This document shows, piece after piece, positions 34,522 to 35,129 of a stretch of DNA of 35,129 nt. The translations under genes were made by a program, and so were the position numbers. The DNA is from an uncultured Oscillospiraceae bacterium (GTDB lineage: Bacteria; Bacillota; Clostridia; Christensenellales; CAG-138): NCBI GenBank assembly GCA_964655605.1, contig CAZZNN010000003.1, positions 1-35,129 on the forward strand. Reading direction: 5' to 3'. Within the stretch, counting starts at the first letter, position 1; each line of letters starts with the position of its first letter. Below the pieces are notes generated by a model. That model was not told the origin of the DNA and did not search any database. It saw only the letters and a program-made list of their open reading frames with translations.

Positions 34522-34534
34522 TTTGCCTCCAAAT

Positions 34535-34561
34535 AAAGCCGAGCGTTTACCGCTCGGCTTT
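34535..34561 (-). terminator. Intrinsic terminator after the flavin reductase-rubredoxin gene
   Basis: AAAGCCGAGCG-N5-CGCTCGGCTTT, followed by ATTT on the minus strand. Confidence 0.55.
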
Positions 34562-34580
34562 ATTATACATCAAAAGCTAT

Positions 34581-35129
34581 CTATTTGATAGGCTCAAAGA
34601 ACTCTGCCCCGTGCTTGCACAGCGGGCATATAAAGTCCGCGGGAAGCGTTTCGCCTTCATAGACATAGCCGCATATAGTGCACACGAAGCCTTTTTTCTT
34701 TTCCGGCGCGGGCGCAGGCTTGGGCTTAACATTATCAAAATAATATTGATAAGTCATGCTCGGCGCTGACGAAAGCGTCTTGGCCTCGGTCACGTCCGCG
34801 ACAAAGAGCGTGTGCGTGCCTTCGTCTATCGTGGTTATCACCTTGCCGGAGATTACGGCGTTCGTGTATTTGGGAATATATACTATGCCGTTTTCCGTGC
34901 GGACAATTTGCTCGCAATTCTCAAATTTATTCACGCTGCGCCCCGACTGGAAGCCAAAATGCTCAAACACCTTGAACGGCGCGTCGGTAGAGAGCACCGA
35001 AACATTGAAGCGGCCGGTTTTTAGCACCATGTCGTGGGTGAAATTATTTTTGTTCACGGCTATTGTTATGCGCTGCGGCTTTTCGGTCACCTGCGTTACG
35101 GTGTTTATTATGCAGCCGTTATCCTTCTC
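34581..35129 (-). CDS. Flavin reductase-like domain fused to a C-terminal rubredoxin (high-molecular-weight rubredoxin type); the 5' end lies outside the window
   Basis: The C-terminus (FVCTICGYVYEGETLPADFICPLCKHG) is a rubredoxin, and the N-terminal part resembles the FMN-binding flavin reductase fold. The frame stays open to base 35129 (..EKDNGCIINTVTQVTEK..), so the GTG start in the ORF track is not the true start. Confidence 0.8.
   Translation of the reverse strand, partial: EKDNGCIINTVTQVTEKPQRITIAVNKNNFTHDMVLKTGRFNVSVLSTDAPFKVFEHFGFQSGRSVNKFENCEQIVRTENGIVYIPKYTNAVISGKVITTIDEGTHTLFVADVTEAKTLSSAPSMTYQYYFDNVKPKPAPAPEKKKGFVCTICGYVYEGETLPADFICPLCKHGAEFFEPIK

Noticed and set aside
1-35129. 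I scanned for CRISPR arrays, tandem repeats, tRNA/rRNA genes and IS elements.
   Set aside because: I noticed no regularly spaced direct repeats, no tRNA-like GGTTCGAATCC T-arm in an intergenic context, no rRNA-like sequence, and no transposase- or integrase-like ORFs. A by-eye scan cannot exclude short degenerate elements.

Overview
This is a 35.1-kb chromosomal segment that reads like a moderately GC-rich Firmicutes/Clostridia genome. That placement is an inference from strong AGGAGG-type Shine-Dalgarno (SD) sites, many TGnTATAAT extended -10 boxes, and gene content such as YitT, a UPF0735 ACT protein, MscL with a zinc-ribbon tail, and a PadR plus permease-prefix pair. I support about 33 protein-coding genes. 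I see no rRNA, tRNA, CRISPR array, transposase or integrase.

Gene content from left to right:
- A tricarboxylate-type cluster: the start of an OadA/PycB-like carboxyltransferase, an MmgE/PrpD-family protein, a LysR regulator, and a divergent aconitase.
- A GNAT acetyltransferase, a truncated Crp/Fnr remnant, an orphan AAA_21/ABC-like ATPase, and a second GNAT.
- A GltS-like FMN protein co-transcribed with a CopA P-type ATPase.
- A lipoprotein, a DEAD-box helicase, YitT and MscL.
- Divergent aspartate-family operons: hom, aspartate kinase and asd on one strand; thrC, thrB, an ACT protein, an amidohydrolase and YjbR on the other.
- A CatA-like acetyltransferase and a third GNAT.
- A PadR regulator with a SEDS-like membrane protein, then a divergent uracil permease.
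- Three small uncharacterised genes.
- An M6 metalloprotease with a dihydropyrimidinase, a SAM methyltransferase, and a partial flavin reductase-rubredoxin fusion.

Most of this is housekeeping, and I do not see a convincing multi-gene novel defence or mobile system. The items most worth a second look are:
1. An 81-nt highly structured element present twice at 100% identity, each time between a stop codon and a terminator. One copy carries a 22-nt helix-extending insertion.
2. An 18-codon leader ORF whose stop codon overlaps an intrinsic terminator just upstream of the uracil permease. This resembles pyrBI-type attenuation and no PyrR box is visible.
3. CopA with an in-frame C-terminal CopZ-like domain that still has its own SD and ATG.
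4. A PadR-controlled divergent SEDS-like protein with four TATATAT(C/G) boxes over the padR promoter.
5. The PrpD-family/aconitase/carboxyltransferase cluster, whose pathway is unclear.
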